Positions 31,214 to 42,284 of a stretch of 64,000 nucleotides of DNA are shown here, piece after piece (position 1 is the first letter of the stretch; each line of letters opens with the position of its first letter). The notes beneath the pieces are model-generated. The model was not told the DNA's origin. It saw only the letters and a list, made by a program, of their open reading frames with translations, and did no database searches. The position numbers and the translations under genes were made by a program. The DNA is from an uncultured Thermoleophilia bacterium (GTDB taxonomy: Bacteria; Actinomycetota; Thermoleophilia; UBA2241): NCBI GenBank assembly GCA_963715985.1, contig CAVQSP010000008.1:122092-186091 (forward strand), in the 5' to 3' direction.

Positions 31214-33538
31214 GTGAGCCAATTCGCCCCATCCCGGGAGCTGGTCGTCGACCTCTGCCACCGGCTCCTGGAGCGCGGCTATCTCAAGGCGACCGAAGGC
31301 AACGTCTCCGTGCGCGTGCCGGGGGAGGACGCGTTCGCCGTGACGCCGTCCAACTACGACTACGCCCTGATGCACACCGACGATATCTGCGTGCTTGACC
31401 ACGACCTCAAGCGCCTCGAGGGCACGATGAAGGCCTCCATCGAGGCGGGCATGCACGCCGCCGTCTATGCGCGCCGGCCGGACGTCACCGCCATCATCCA
31501 CACGCACCAGCCCTACGCGAGCGCCCTCGCCCTGGTGCGGCGTCCCATCCCGGCTCTGTTCGATGAGCAGGTGCGGTATCTGGGGCGCTCCGTGGAGATC
31601 GTCGACTACGCGCCCTCCGGCACCTCGTTTCTGCGCAAGAACGTGGAGAAGGCCGTGGCGAGCGACGCCAACGCCTTCATCCTCGCCAATCACGGGGTGC
31701 TCGTGCTGGGGGGCGACGTGGAGCGCGCGGTGTTCAACATGGCGCTGCTCGAGAAGGTCGCCCTGGACTACCTGCTGGCGCTGATGACCGGCGACAAGGT
31801 GCACAAGGTGCCGGCGCCCATTCGCGAGATCGCCTTCGCCAAGCTGCGCCGCGACGAGAAGAAGCTGGCCCGGCAGGTCGCGGCGGCGCGCGAGGAGGCC
31901 GAGGCGGCGGAAGCGCGCGAGGCAGCTGAGGCAGAGGCTCGCGAGGCAGCCGAGGCGGAGGCTCGCGAAGCCGGTACGGCAGCGGCCGCGCCATCCGGAC
32001 CGCGCGCGGCTGCGGAGGCCGCGCCCGTCGCGCCCGCCGCCGAGGCCGAGCCGCCGGCGCCGGGCGCGACGAGGCTCTCCGGCGCCCAGCTGGCCGGCTA
32101 CGCCATCAGCGCGTACCCGGACGTGCCCGACGTGTACGCGCGCCTGGACGCGCTCGTGCGCCGGCCCATCCGCCCGCTCCGGCGCGAGGCCATGGCCGAG
32201 ACGCTCGACTACTACGAGAAGAAGTGTCGCCGCAGCCGCGAGCTCACCGACGAAGCGGGTGAGCTCATCCCCGGCGGCGTGCAGCACAACCTCGCCTTCA
32301 ACTACCCGTTCCCGCTGGCCATCGCGAAGGCCGAGGGCGCCCGCCTGTGGGACGTGGACGGCAACGAGTACATCGACTTCCTGCAGGCCGGCGGTCCCAC
32401 GGTGCTGGGCAGCAACTACGCGCCGCTGCGCGAGCAGGTCGCCGAGGTGGTGGCGGCCTCCGGCCCGGTCACGGGGCTGTTCCACGAGTACGAGCTCAAG
32501 CTGGCTGAGCTCGTCCACCGCCTCATGCCGGCCTGCGAGATGTTTCGCATGCTCGGCTCAGGCACGGAGAGCGTGATGGCGGCCGTGCGCGCCGCGCGCG
32601 CCTTCACCGGCAAGAAGTGGGTGATCAAGGTCGGCGGCGCCTACCACGGCTGGAGCGACCAGATGGTGTACGGGCTGCACGTGCCCGGCACGTGGCGCTT
32701 CGAGGCCAAGGGCATCCCGTACGGCGCCACGAGCCGCACGCGGGAGGTCTTCCCCAACGACCTCAAGGCGCTGCGCCGCAAGCTCGTGGAGAACCGCGCT
32801 CTGGGCGGCACGGCGGCGGTCATCGTCGAGCCCGTCGGGCCGGAGAGCGGCACGCGGCCCGTGCCGTTCGGCTTCAACGCCGCCGTGCGCGAGCTCTGCG
32901 ACGAGTTCGGGGCGCTGCTCGTCTTCGACGAGGTCGTGACGGGCTTCCGGCTCGGTCTGGGCGGGGCGCAGGGCTACTTCGGCGTGCGCCCCGACCTCAC
33001 CGTGTTCGGCAAGTGCATCACCGGCGGCTATCCCATGGCCGGCGGCGTGGGCGGGCGCCGCGACGTGATGGCGAGCTTCGCCTCGGGCATCGGCGGCAAG
33101 AGCGGCGAACGCGCGTACATCGGCGGCACGCTGAGCGCCAACCCGCTGAGCTGCGCCGCCGGCTACTTCGCGATCACGGAGATGGAGCGCACCAACGCCG
33201 CGGCGCTGGCCGGTGCGGCCGGCGACAGGCTCACCGCCGGCCTGCGCGACATCATCCGCCGCGACCGTCTCCCGTTCGTGGCGTACAACCAAGGCTCCAT
33301 CGTGCACCTCGAGACCTCCGGGGTGATGCTGCTCGACCTGCGCCACCCGGTGCGTTTCGCCAGAGAGATGAAGCCGCGCAAGCACATGATGGAGGAGATG
33401 GGCGCGGCCTATGCCGCCAACGGCGTCATCACGCTGGCCGGGTCGCGCATGTACACGTCCATGGCCGACACCGACGACGTCATCGACGACGCGCTCGCGC
33501 GCTTCGAGCGCGTGCTCTCGCGCGTCGAAGGGGTCTGA
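31214..33538 (+). CDS. Fusion of class II aldolase/adducin domain and class III aminotransferase (GSA-aminomutase-like)
   Basis: TEGNVSVR, ASIEAGMH, IHTHQPY, LANHG; Glu/Ala linker; IPGGVQHN, YHGWSD, FDEVVTGFR, VFGKC, GTLSANP. Confidence 0.85.
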   Translation: MSQFAPSRELVVDLCHRLLERGYLKATEGNVSVRVPGEDAFAVTPSNYDYALMHTDDICVLDHDLKRLEGTMKASIEAGMHAAVYARRPDVTAIIHTHQPYASALALVRRPIPALFDEQVRYLGRSVEIVDYAPSGTSFLRKNVEKAVASDANAFILANHGVLVLGGDVERAVFNMALLEKVALDYLLALMTGDKVHKVPAPIREIAFAKLRRDEKKLARQVAAAREEAEAAEAREAAEAEAREAAEAEAREAGTAAAAPSGPRAAAEAAPVAPAAEAEPPAPGATRLSGAQLAGYAISAYPDVPDVYARLDALVRRPIRPLRREAMAETLDYYEKKCRRSRELTDEAGELIPGGVQHNLAFNYPFPLAIAKAEGARLWDVDGNEYIDFLQAGGPTVLGSNYAPLREQVAEVVAASGPVTGLFHEYELKLAELVHRLMPACEMFRMLGSGTESVMAAVRAARAFTGKKWVIKVGGAYHGWSDQMVYGLHVPGTWRFEAKGIPYGATSRTREVFPNDLKALRRKLVENRALGGTAAVIVEPVGPESGTRPVPFGFNAAVRELCDEFGALLVFDEVVTGFRLGLGGAQGYFGVRPDLTVFGKCITGGYPMAGGVGGRRDVMASFASGIGGKSGERAYIGGTLSANPLSCAAGYFAITEMERTNAAALAGAAGDRLTAGLRDIIRRDRLPFVAYNQGSIVHLETSGVMLLDLRHPVRFAREMKPRKHMMEEMGAAYAANGVITLAGSRMYTSMADTDDVIDDALARFERVLSRVEGV

Positions 33539-33547
33539 GCGCCCGCC

Positions 33548-34057
33548 TCACCAGCGTTCGTAGCGGACGAGCTCCTCCAGGGCGCGGCGGCCCGTCTGCG
33601 CGCGCTCCTTGTCCGGGTGACCGAGCGGCGTGAAGGCGATGGGCTCGACCTCGTCGGGCAGCCCGAGGACCTCGCGCGCGGCGTCCGGGTCGAAGGCCGC
33701 GATCCAGCAGGTGCCGAGGCCCAGGGCGGTGGCGGCCAGCACCATGTGGTCCATGGCGATGGTGGCATCCACCTCGTCGTACGGCTTGTCGTCCATGCGC
33801 CGCCACGCCTCGCCGGGGACGGCGACCACGGCGAGCACCAGCGGCGCCGTGAGGAACCAGGGCCGTCCGTAGATGCGGCTCAGCTCCTCCTCGCGGCCCG
33901 CCGTGTGGACGACGATGATGCGGAACGGCTGGCGGTTGGCCGCGGTGGGCGCCTGCCGCGCCGCCTCGAGGACCTGGGCGAGGTCGTCGTCGCTCACGGC
34001 GTCCGGCTTGTACCCTCGCACGCTGTAGCGGCTCTTGATGGCTTTGAACACGTCCAC
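33548..34057 (-). CDS. Nitroreductase family protein
   Basis: RYSVRGY, APTAANRQP, LAATALGLGTCWI. Confidence 0.92.
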   Translation of the reverse strand: MDVFKAIKSRYSVRGYKPDAVSDDDLAQVLEAARQAPTAANRQPFRIIVVHTAGREEELSRIYGRPWFLTAPLVLAVVAVPGEAWRRMDDKPYDEVDATIAMDHMVLAATALGLGTCWIAAFDPDAAREVLGLPDEVEPIAFTPLGHPDKERAQTGRRALEELVRYERW

Positions 34058-34247
34058 GCCGTCCTCCTGCTCGTTCGCCCGACCGTCACCACCAGCATAC
34101 CGCCACGCCGGGGCGATGCGCGGCCGTGTCCGCGTTCAGGCAAGGCCGGGGCAGCGCCCCCAGCCCGGGCTGAGTCCGGCCTTCTCTCGTCACCGCCGGA
34201 CGCGGTAGGCTGGTGCGGCCCGTCCGCCTCGTGCCTCCGGAGCGATC

Positions 34248-35514
34248 GTGAACGCGTCCCGTCCGGCGCCCGTGGAGCGCCGCGTGTTCCTGGCCTGCGC
34301 GACCGTCGTCGTGCTGCACGCCCTGCTGGCGGGGCTCGTCTTCATGCGGCCGGGGGCGGCGAGATCCGATCATCTGCTCGCCGCCTTCGTCCCCACGGCC
34401 GTCGTTGTGCTCATCGCCGTCCTCTACGCGCGGCTGCCGGCCGGCGTCCGGGCGGCTGTCCGCGTTGCTGGTCGGCGTGTTCGCGGTGGTCGCCGGGAGT
34501 GTGGCCCTCATGGGCGTCGTGCGCGGCGGCGCTCTGGCTCACGACCTCATCGGTGTCCTCGTGCTCCCGGCGGGCGCCGTGCTCGTGGCGCTGGGGGTCC
34601 GGGTGCTGTGGGTCTCGCGCAAGCGCGGCGGGCGGCTGTGGTGGCGGATCACCCGGCGTGCGCTGCTCGTCATCGCGGCGCTCCTGGTCGGGTACTGGGT
34701 CGTCCTCCCGATCGCCTTCGCCATCGTGGCCACGGAGCGGCCGCGGGAGATCGTGGCGGAGGCCGCCGTCGGCCGCCCTGCGCGGGACGTCACGCTCCGT
34801 ACCGCCGACGGCCTCGACCTGCACGCCTGGTACGTGGCCTCGCGCAACGGCGCCGCGATCATCACCTTTCCGCGCACGTGGACGCAGGATCATGCGCGCA
34901 TGCTCGCTGCGCAGGGCTACGGTGTGCTCCTGGTGGACATGCGGGGCTACGGCGACAGCGAGGGTGATCCCAACGCCTACGGCTGGGGTTCCGGCGCGGA
35001 CATCGACGCCGCCGTCTCGTGGCTGCAGGCACGGCCGGAGGTGAGGCCGGAGAGCATCGGGGGTCTCGGCCTCTCCGTGGGTGGCGAGCAGATGATCGAG
35101 GCGGCCGGCGCCAACGAGGGCCTCCGCGCCGTCGTGAGCGAGGGCGCCGGTCTGCGCTCTGTCCGCGAGGCGCTCGTGCGCGAGGGCCCGGACTTCTTGG
35201 AGCTGGCACTGCAGTACCCCGCCGATCTCATGCAGACCGCGGCGGTATGGGTGCTGAGCGGCACCGAGCCGCCGCCGTCGCTGCGAGCGGCCGCGGCCGC
35301 TATCTCACCGCGGGCCGTGTTCTTCGTCTACGGCGAGGAAGGACAGGCGATCGAAGCAGCGATCAACGTGCCCTGCTACGAGGCTGCCGGACAGCCCAAG
35401 CAGATCTGGGAGGTCCCCGCCGCAGGGCACACCGGCGGCCTGGCCGCGGACCCGGCGGAGTACGAGCGCCGTATCGTGGGGTTCTTCGACCGCTACCTGC
35501 TCGGCCGCCGGTAG
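34248..35514 (+). CDS. Membrane-anchored alpha/beta hydrolase (indel near 34455)
   Basis: TM N-terminus; SRNGAA, DMRGYGDSEG, GLSVGGE, AGHTGG. Confidence 0.8.
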
Positions 35515-35581
35515 GCCGCCGCGGCACCTGTCCCGGCGCGTGAAGGACGCCGCCGCCGGTCCGGTGGCATAATCCCCGCAG

Positions 35582-36484
35582 ATGGACGACGACTTCTTCA
35601 ACGCCGAAGGGTCGCGTGCGGCCCGCCGCCGGGAGCGGCGGGCTCGCGTCCGGCGGAACCGAATCATCGTGCTCGTCGTGGTGCTGGTGGCCGCCGCCGC
35701 GGCCGGCGTGGTGCTGGTCGCGGGCCGCACCGGCGGCAGCGGCGGAGGCGGCGAGGCCCAGGCCGCCGCCGTGCCCTCGGGCAGCCCCGCCGCAACGGCC
35801 CCGGCGTCGCCGGCCGCTTCCCCGACGCCGACGCCGACACCCACGCCGCCGCCGTCGCTCGACGAGCCGACCAAGAAGGACCCCATGCGCGTGTACTTCG
35901 GCGGCGACTCGCTGGCCGGCCTGCCGGGCGTGCTCTTCGCGCAGCACGGCAGCAAGAGCGGCCTCATGAAGGTGCGCACCGACTACCAGGTGTCGTCGCG
36001 GCTCACCAACCCGGACCCGGTGGACTGGCCGGCCCGTCTGCAGAACGAGCTGGCCTCCGGGCACCCCGACGTGGGCGTCTTCATGATCGGCATCAACGAC
36101 CCCGGCATGCCGATGATCGCCAAGGGCTCCTTCACCATGTACCCCAAGAAGGCGTGGCTCGAGGAGTACCAGCGCCGCGCCGAGAAGCTGATGAAGATCA
36201 TGCTGCACGAGGGCGTCAGACGCGTGTACTGGGTCGGCCTGCCGATCATGCCGGAGAAGGGGCAGACGAACCAGGTCAAGCGCCTCAACCAGCTCTTCAA
36301 GCAGGCTGCCGGGCGCCACCCCGACGTGGTGTACGTGGACACCTTCGACCTGCTCGCGGACAAGAAGGGCAAGTTCGACGCGTCGCTGCGCAGCGGTGAC
36401 GGCGTGCACTTCACCGACGAGGGCGCCGGGATGATCGCCGACGCGGTGTGGGCGGCCATCAAGGCCGATTGGCGGCAGCGGTAA
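35582..36484 (+). CDS. DUF459-like SGNH/GDSL protein
   Basis: TM plus PT linker; GGDSLA, MIGIND, VYWVGLP, DGVHFT. Confidence 0.85.
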   Translation: MDDDFFNAEGSRAARRRERRARVRRNRIIVLVVVLVAAAAAGVVLVAGRTGGSGGGGEAQAAAVPSGSPAATAPASPAASPTPTPTPTPPPSLDEPTKKDPMRVYFGGDSLAGLPGVLFAQHGSKSGLMKVRTDYQVSSRLTNPDPVDWPARLQNELASGHPDVGVFMIGINDPGMPMIAKGSFTMYPKKAWLEEYQRRAEKLMKIMLHEGVRRVYWVGLPIMPEKGQTNQVKRLNQLFKQAAGRHPDVVYVDTFDLLADKKGKFDASLRSGDGVHFTDEGAGMIADAVWAAIKADWRQR

Positions 36485-36777
36485 CGGGGCTGCGTCAAGA
36501 ACGGCAGCCGCGCGTGGGTGCGCATGCGGGCCTCGCCGAGCCTCGGGCCCAGACGGCGGTCTCGAGGGCGCGCTCGCGGAGACACGCGACCCGTACACGG
36601 CCGGGCACGAGCGCCGGGTCGTGGAGCTCAGTGTGGCCATCGCCCGCGCTGGGCCTGAACGAGGAAGCAGCGGCTGCGTCGAGCCTCACGGCGCGATACA
36701 CGACGTGGGCAAGATCGCCGTGGCGGCGCTCGCGCCCGCCGCCGCATCGGTCCGTCGGACGGGGTACCATGAGCAGC

Positions 36778-38001
36778 ATGGCGCCCGATCGTCCCCAGCA
36801 CCGTCGGCTCACACGCCGTCAGCGCCGCCGCCGCGCGCGTCTGCGCGGGCTCGCGGCACTCTGCGTCATCATCACGGTCCTGATCCTCGCGGGTGTGGGC
36901 GTCGCGCGTCTCGTTGGCGGTGCGGACGGCGGGGAGGCCGCGGCGACCGCCTCCGCCAAGGGCTCCGCCGGCGGGCAGGCGGGCGGATCCTCCGGCAGTC
37001 CAGAGGGCGGTGCGTCCCCCTCGTCCGCCGCCACGCCGGCACCGGTGCGGGTGGTGTCCGGCGGCGACGTGATGAGCGACCGCGGCGTGAAGGCCTACGC
37101 CAAGCAGTACGGTGCGGACGCGGTGCTGAGCGGCGTCGCGCCGCAGCTGCAGGCCGGCGACGCCGCCTGGGTCAATCTCGAGGGCCCCATCTCCACCGTC
37201 GGCAGTCCCGTGGCCGGCAAGGACTACACGTTCGAGGGCTCACCGGCCATGGCGGACGCGCTGGCCACGGCCGGCATCGACGTGGTCACGCTGGCCAACA
37301 ACCACGCCGTGGACTACGGGCCATCCGCGCTCATGGACACCATCAAGAACCTCAAGGCCGCCGGCATCCAGGTGGCCGGCGGCGGCCGCGACTTCGCGGC
37401 CGCCCACACGCCGGCGCTGGTGCAGACGAAGGCCGGCGCCACCATCGCCTTCCTCGGCTACGACGACGTCATCTGGCCGGGCTACGCCGCCACCGCCGCG
37501 CAGGCCGGGATCGCCGAGGCGGTCACCGACATGGCGCAGGTGAAGAAGGACATCCGCGAGGCGGCGAAGGAGGCCGACTTCGTGGTCGTCGCCTTCCACT
37601 GGGGCTTCGAGTACGAGCACTACCCCATCGCCCAGCAGACGTCGGAGGGGCACGCCGCCATCGACGCCGGCGCCGACCTCGTCATCGGTCACCACCCGCA
37701 CGTCCTCCAGGGCTTCGAGGCGTATCACGGCAGGCTGATCGCCTACAGCCTCGGCGACTTCGTCTTCGACCACTACAGCGTGGAGACCGGTCAGACGGTG
37801 CTCGTGGACGCCGTGGTCACGCCCACCGGCGTCAAGGCCACGCTCATCCCCGTCTACGTGTCGAGCAACGGCATCCCCGCGGTCCAGCACGGCGCCTCCG
37901 CCAAGACCATCCTCGCGCTCGTCAAGGAGTACTCGGCGCCGCTGGACACGCACGTGTCCATCAAGGGCGACACGGCCACGGTGAAGGCGGGCAAGCCCTG
38001 A
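36778..38001 (+). CDS. CapA family (poly-gamma-glutamate synthesis-like) metallophosphatase
   Basis: GDVM, NLEGP, LANNHAVDYG, HWGFE, GHHPHV, YSLGDF. Confidence 0.9.
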   Translation: MAPDRPQHRRLTRRQRRRRARLRGLAALCVIITVLILAGVGVARLVGGADGGEAAATASAKGSAGGQAGGSSGSPEGGASPSSAATPAPVRVVSGGDVMSDRGVKAYAKQYGADAVLSGVAPQLQAGDAAWVNLEGPISTVGSPVAGKDYTFEGSPAMADALATAGIDVVTLANNHAVDYGPSALMDTIKNLKAAGIQVAGGGRDFAAAHTPALVQTKAGATIAFLGYDDVIWPGYAATAAQAGIAEAVTDMAQVKKDIREAAKEADFVVVAFHWGFEYEHYPIAQQTSEGHAAIDAGADLVIGHHPHVLQGFEAYHGRLIAYSLGDFVFDHYSVETGQTVLVDAVVTPTGVKATLIPVYVSSNGIPAVQHGASAKTILALVKEYSAPLDTHVSIKGDTATVKAGKP

Positions 38002-38002
38002 T

Positions 38003-38623
38003 TCAGCCGCTGCCCGGCCACGGTGCCACGGGCACGCGGCCGCCCCGGAGGTGACCGGCGGAGAGGCGCCGCGTGCGCGTCACCACGGTACGGGCGGCGA
38101 GGTCGCCGAGGCGCTGGTTGCGCGGCGTGAGCCAGATCACCAGCGCCCCCAGGGCGAAGCACGCCGGCAGCCAGTCCACCGCCATCAGCAGCGTGCGGAC
38201 CAGGACCGCCACGGCCCCGGGCCTCCCGCCGCTCGTGGCCACCACGCGCAGGCCGCAGAGCCGCATGCCCAGAGTCCGGCCCCACACCGTCTGGCTGAGC
38301 CAGAAGTAGAGCGGCACGCCCACGCCTGCGACGATCCACAGCGGCTGCGAGGAGGGCGCTTTGGTGATGTCCGCAAACGAGCCGGCGCCGACCAGCGCCA
38401 GGTACCACACCAGGGCGACCAGCAGCCAGACGAAGAAGAGGAGGACGCCGTCGATGGCCACCGCCAGCGCGCGGATCCACACGCCCTGGCACACGCGCAC
38501 GCGGTCGGCCTCGCCGTGCTTGAGCGCCGGGACGCCGGTGCGCGGGTCGGCGCCGCACTCCGTGCAGCGTGGCGCCTCCGACGTCACGCGCGTGCCACAG
38601 CGTGCGCAGCGGATCTGGTCCAT
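38003..38623 (-). CDS. RDD family protein with N-terminal double zinc ribbon
   Basis: CARCG..CTECG; RALAVAID, GRTLGM, QRLGDLAARTVV. Confidence 0.85.
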   Translation of the reverse strand: MDQIRCARCGTRVTSEAPRCTECGADPRTGVPALKHGEADRVRVCQGVWIRALAVAIDGVLLFFVWLLVALVWYLALVGAGSFADITKAPSSQPLWIVAGVGVPLYFWLSQTVWGRTLGMRLCGLRVVATSGGRPGAVAVLVRTLLMAVDWLPACFALGALVIWLTPRNQRLGDLAARTVVTRTRRLSAGHLRGGRVPVAPWPGSG

Positions 38624-38787
38624 GCGGGTCTCCCTTCAGCCCGGACGATTCTATCAACGGCGAATGCCCGTACCGCAGAGCGGACCGGCGTGGACCTCGG
38701 CCGCCTCGGTGGCTGTAGAATCGGCGGGCGCCTCCGTGCCTCCGGCCGGCGGCGCCACCGCACCACCAGCCACCTCAGGAGCATGAG

Positions 38788-39219
38788 ATGCCGACGGAGT
38801 TGACGGTTCACGCCGAGAACCGTGGCGACATGGTGGTGACGGCGACCGACGGGGTGCACGCCGTCACCATGGACTACCCGCTGCCGGGCGACGAGGGCCG
38901 CGACCCGGCCGGCCTCACGCCGCTGCGTCTCCTGCTGGCCAGCCTCGCGGGCTGCAGCTGCAACTCGCTCGCCGTCCTGCTGCGCAAGATGCGCCAGCCG
39001 GTGACGGCCGTCGAGGCCGATGTGCGCGGGACCCGGCGCGACGAGCATCCCACGGTGATAACGGCGATCGACCTGACCTTCACCGTCCGCGGGGACGGGG
39101 TCGATCCGGCGGCGGTCGAGAAGGCCCTCGCCCTCACCGAGGAGCAGATCTGCCCCGTGTGGGCCATGCTGAGCCCCGGGACACCTATCGCCGCGACGTA
39201 CCGCCTCTGCGGAGACTGA
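38788..39219 (+). CDS. OsmC family protein
   Basis: TPLRLLLASLAGC, CPVWAML. Confidence 0.88.
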   Translation: MPTELTVHAENRGDMVVTATDGVHAVTMDYPLPGDEGRDPAGLTPLRLLLASLAGCSCNSLAVLLRKMRQPVTAVEADVRGTRRDEHPTVITAIDLTFTVRGDGVDPAAVEKALALTEEQICPVWAMLSPGTPIAATYRLCGD

Positions 39220-39222
39220 GGC

Positions 39223-40464
39223 TTGACTCGAGCGGCCGTAGCCCGATCCGGCATGAGCCGTGGCCTCGTGGTCCTGTTCGCCGTGGCCACGGGCCAGGCG
39301 GTCGCCAGCAACTACCTGGCGCAGCCGCTGCTGGACGTCATCAGCCACGAGTTCGGCATCTCCGCAGGAGTGGCCGGCCTCATCGTCACGGCGGCCCAGG
39401 TGGGCTACGCCGCCGGCCTCATCCTCATGATCCCGCTCGGCGACCTGCTGGAGCGGCGGCGACTCATCACCGTGCTCGCCGCCATCACCGCCATCGGCCT
39501 CGCGACCGCGGCCTTCTCGCCGTCGGTCGGCGTGTTCATGTCGGCCGTGGCCCTTGTCGGGTTCACCTCGGTCATGGCCCAGATCCTGGTGCCGTTCGCG
39601 GCCACGCTCGCCGACCCGGCGCATCGCGGCCGCGTGGTGGGCACCATCATGAGCGGCCTCATGCTGGGCATCCTGCTGGCGCGCACCGCCTCGGGCCTCA
39701 TCGCCCAGGTCGCCGGATGGCGCGGCGTGTACATCATCTTCGCCGTGCTCATGGTCGCGCAGACGGTGACCTTGTGGATGGTCCTGCCCACCTACAGGGC
39801 CGACGTGAAACTCAGCTACGGCCGCCTCCTGGGCTCCGTGTTCGCCATCGCCCGGCAGGAGCCGGTGCTGCGCCTGCGGGCGCTGTTCGGCGTGGTCTCG
39901 TTCGCCACGTTCAGCGCGCTCTGGACCACGCTGGCCTTCCTGCTCTCGGGCTCTCCCTACAACTACAGCGAGGGCATCATCGGCCTGTTCGGCCTGGTCG
40001 GTGCCGCCGGCGCGCTCACCGCGACCGTGGTCGGGCGCTTCACCGACAGAGGCTGGGCGCGGATGCTCACCGGCATCTCGGCGCTGCTCCTCCTGCTCGG
40101 CTTCGTGCTCCTCTGGGGAGGCGGTGTCTCGTTGCCGGCGCTGCTGGCCGGCGTCCTCGTGCTCGACGTCGGGTCCAGCGGCCTGCACCTGAGCAATCAG
40201 AGCGAGATCTTCCGGCTGCGGCCGGAGGCGCGCAGCCGCATCAACGCCTTCTACATGACCTCCTGCTTCATCGGCGCGGCCGCCGGCTCCGCCGTGGCCG
40301 CCTTCGTCTACGAACGCTGGAGCTGGGACGGCGTCTGCGTGCTGGGCGCGGCTATCTCACTGTGCGGACTGGCGCTGTGGGCCTTCGGCCCGCGCCACTC
40401 CGCCGTCGCCGACGAGGCGGCCGGGCGGGCCGCCGGCGAAGCCAGCGAGCGGGCCGCTCATTGA
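39223..40464 (+). CDS. MFS transporter
   Basis: About 12 TM helices; NYLAQPLL, PLGDLLERRR, RSRINAFY. Confidence 0.9.
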   Translation: MTRAAVARSGMSRGLVVLFAVATGQAVASNYLAQPLLDVISHEFGISAGVAGLIVTAAQVGYAAGLILMIPLGDLLERRRLITVLAAITAIGLATAAFSPSVGVFMSAVALVGFTSVMAQILVPFAATLADPAHRGRVVGTIMSGLMLGILLARTASGLIAQVAGWRGVYIIFAVLMVAQTVTLWMVLPTYRADVKLSYGRLLGSVFAIARQEPVLRLRALFGVVSFATFSALWTTLAFLLSGSPYNYSEGIIGLFGLVGAAGALTATVVGRFTDRGWARMLTGISALLLLLGFVLLWGGGVSLPALLAGVLVLDVGSSGLHLSNQSEIFRLRPEARSRINAFYMTSCFIGAAAGSAVAAFVYERWSWDGVCVLGAAISLCGLALWAFGPRHSAVADEAAGRAAGEASERAAH

Positions 40465-40555
40465 AGGCGCCCGGCGGCCGCGAGACAATGCCCCAGGACC
40501 ACTCCGCCCGGCACTGCCGGCGAGCAGCACCCGCACAGCGAAGGAGACTCGCGCC

Positions 40556-41351
40556 ATGAGATTCATCGACGCTCATCTGCACACCGACATGATCGAGGAC
40601 GTCCAGCTCCAGAAGCTGGTGATGATGGGCATGGAGGCGGCGGTCATCCCCAGTCCGCACATGTTCATCGGCACGCACGACGCGGACACGGTGCTGTTGC
40701 TCTGGGAGCGCTTCCTCACGATGGAGGCGACCACGGCGACCACGCTCGGGTTACGAGGCGTACACGTCCATCTCGGTGCCGTTCTTCGGGGTCAGCCGCG
40801 CCGATGCGGAGACGTGCCTCGAACGCATGCCCGAGTTCCTCAAGAACGAGCGCGTCGTGGCCATGGGGGAGATCGGCCTGGACTGCGGCACCGAGTTCGA
40901 GGAGTGGCTGTTCCGCGAGCACCTGCGTCTGGCCAAGGCACACGGCCTGCCGGTGATCCTGCACACGCCCATCCGTCTGGCGCCCCAGGGTCCCACCGTC
41001 ACGCCGCGCGTGTTCGAGATCATCAAGGAGGAGGGCTACCCGGTGGAGCGCTGCGTGTTCGACCACGCCGGCGAGGAGACGATGGAGTTCCGCATGAGCA
41101 CGGGCGGCATGGTCGGCCTCTCCATCTGCTGGGACAAGATGCCGCCGGAGGCTGCCGCACGGATCGTCATCGACCACCCCGAGTGGCGCGACCGGCTCAT
41201 CATCAACTCCGAGCTCGGCGGCATGGGCAACGACTACTTCATGGTCCCGCGCGTGCAGCTGGCCATGAAGCTCATGGGCCTGGACAAGGAGACCATCGAC
41301 CGGGTCTGCTTCCGCACGCCGCGGGACTTCTTCGCGCTGCCGGTGGACTGA
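40556..41351 (+). CDS. TatD-family amidohydrolase-fold protein (indel near 40750)
   Basis: IDAHLH, AMGEIGLD, ILHTP, FDH, INSE. Confidence 0.8.
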
Positions 41352-41467
41352 GCCCTGCTGCTCCACGACCGCTCGCGCGAGGAGTCCCCGTTGCCGAGGC
41401 GCCTCCCGCAGCGCCGTCTCGCCGAGGGTCGGCGCTCGGTGGCGTCGCCGGGGAGAGGCGGAGCATC

Positions 41468-42277
41468 GTGACAGAGACTACGTGCACGGCTACGACGCGC
41501 GTGAGATGGAGCGCCTGCGCGACCAGGCCGGGACGCTGGTGGACCTTCTGCATGCCGACACCTCATATCCAGCCGGCAGCGAAGTCCTCGAAGCCGGGTG
41601 CGGCGTCGGGGCCCAGACGGTCACCCTGGCGCGCAGGAGCCCGGAAGCACACTTCACGTCGATCGACGTCGCCGCGGACTCGATCGCGGAGGCCAGGCGC
41701 CGCACGGATGCTGCAGCGCTGACCAATGTGCGGTTCCTGCACGCCGACATCTTCGCCCTGCCCTTCGACCCCGGGTCCTTCGACCACGTCTTCATCTGTT
41801 TCGTCCTGGAGCACCTGCCGCGGCCCGTGGAGGCGCTCACGATGCTCGGGACGCTGCTCAGACCGGGTGGCACGGCCACCGTCATCGAGGGCGACCACGG
41901 ATCCGCCTACTTCCATCCCGAGAGCGACGCGGCCCTTGCCGCGATCCGCTGTCTGGTCGAGTTGCAGCGGGCAGGCGGGCGGCAACGCGCTGATCGGCCG
42001 GCAGCTCTATCCGCTCATGACCGAAGCGGGTCTGGAGGCGGTGCGTGTGTCGCCCCGCATGGTGTATGTGGACGCGAGCAGGCCCGAGCTCGTGGAAGGA
42101 TTCACGAGGCGCACGTTCACCGCGATGGTCGAGGGCGTTCGCGACTCCGCCGTCGCGGCAGGGCTCACCGATCCCGGGGCCTTCGACGCAGGCGTTCGGG
42201 ACCTCTACAGAACGGCCGAGCCCGACGGCGTCTTCTGCTACACGTTCTTCAAGGGCGTGGGGACGAAGCGGAGCTGA
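41468..42277 (+). CDS. Class I SAM methyltransferase (indels near 41475 and 41970)
   Basis: YVHGYDARE, VLEAGCGVG, FDHVFICFVLEHL, IEGDHG; C-terminus FCYTFFKG in a second frame. Confidence 0.85.
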
Positions 42278-42284
42278 CGCGCGC

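Noticed and set aside
32100-33538. hemL assignment
   Set aside because: The domain is fused to an aldolase, its motifs diverge (PGGVQHN, YHGWSD) and no tetrapyrrole genes are adjacent.
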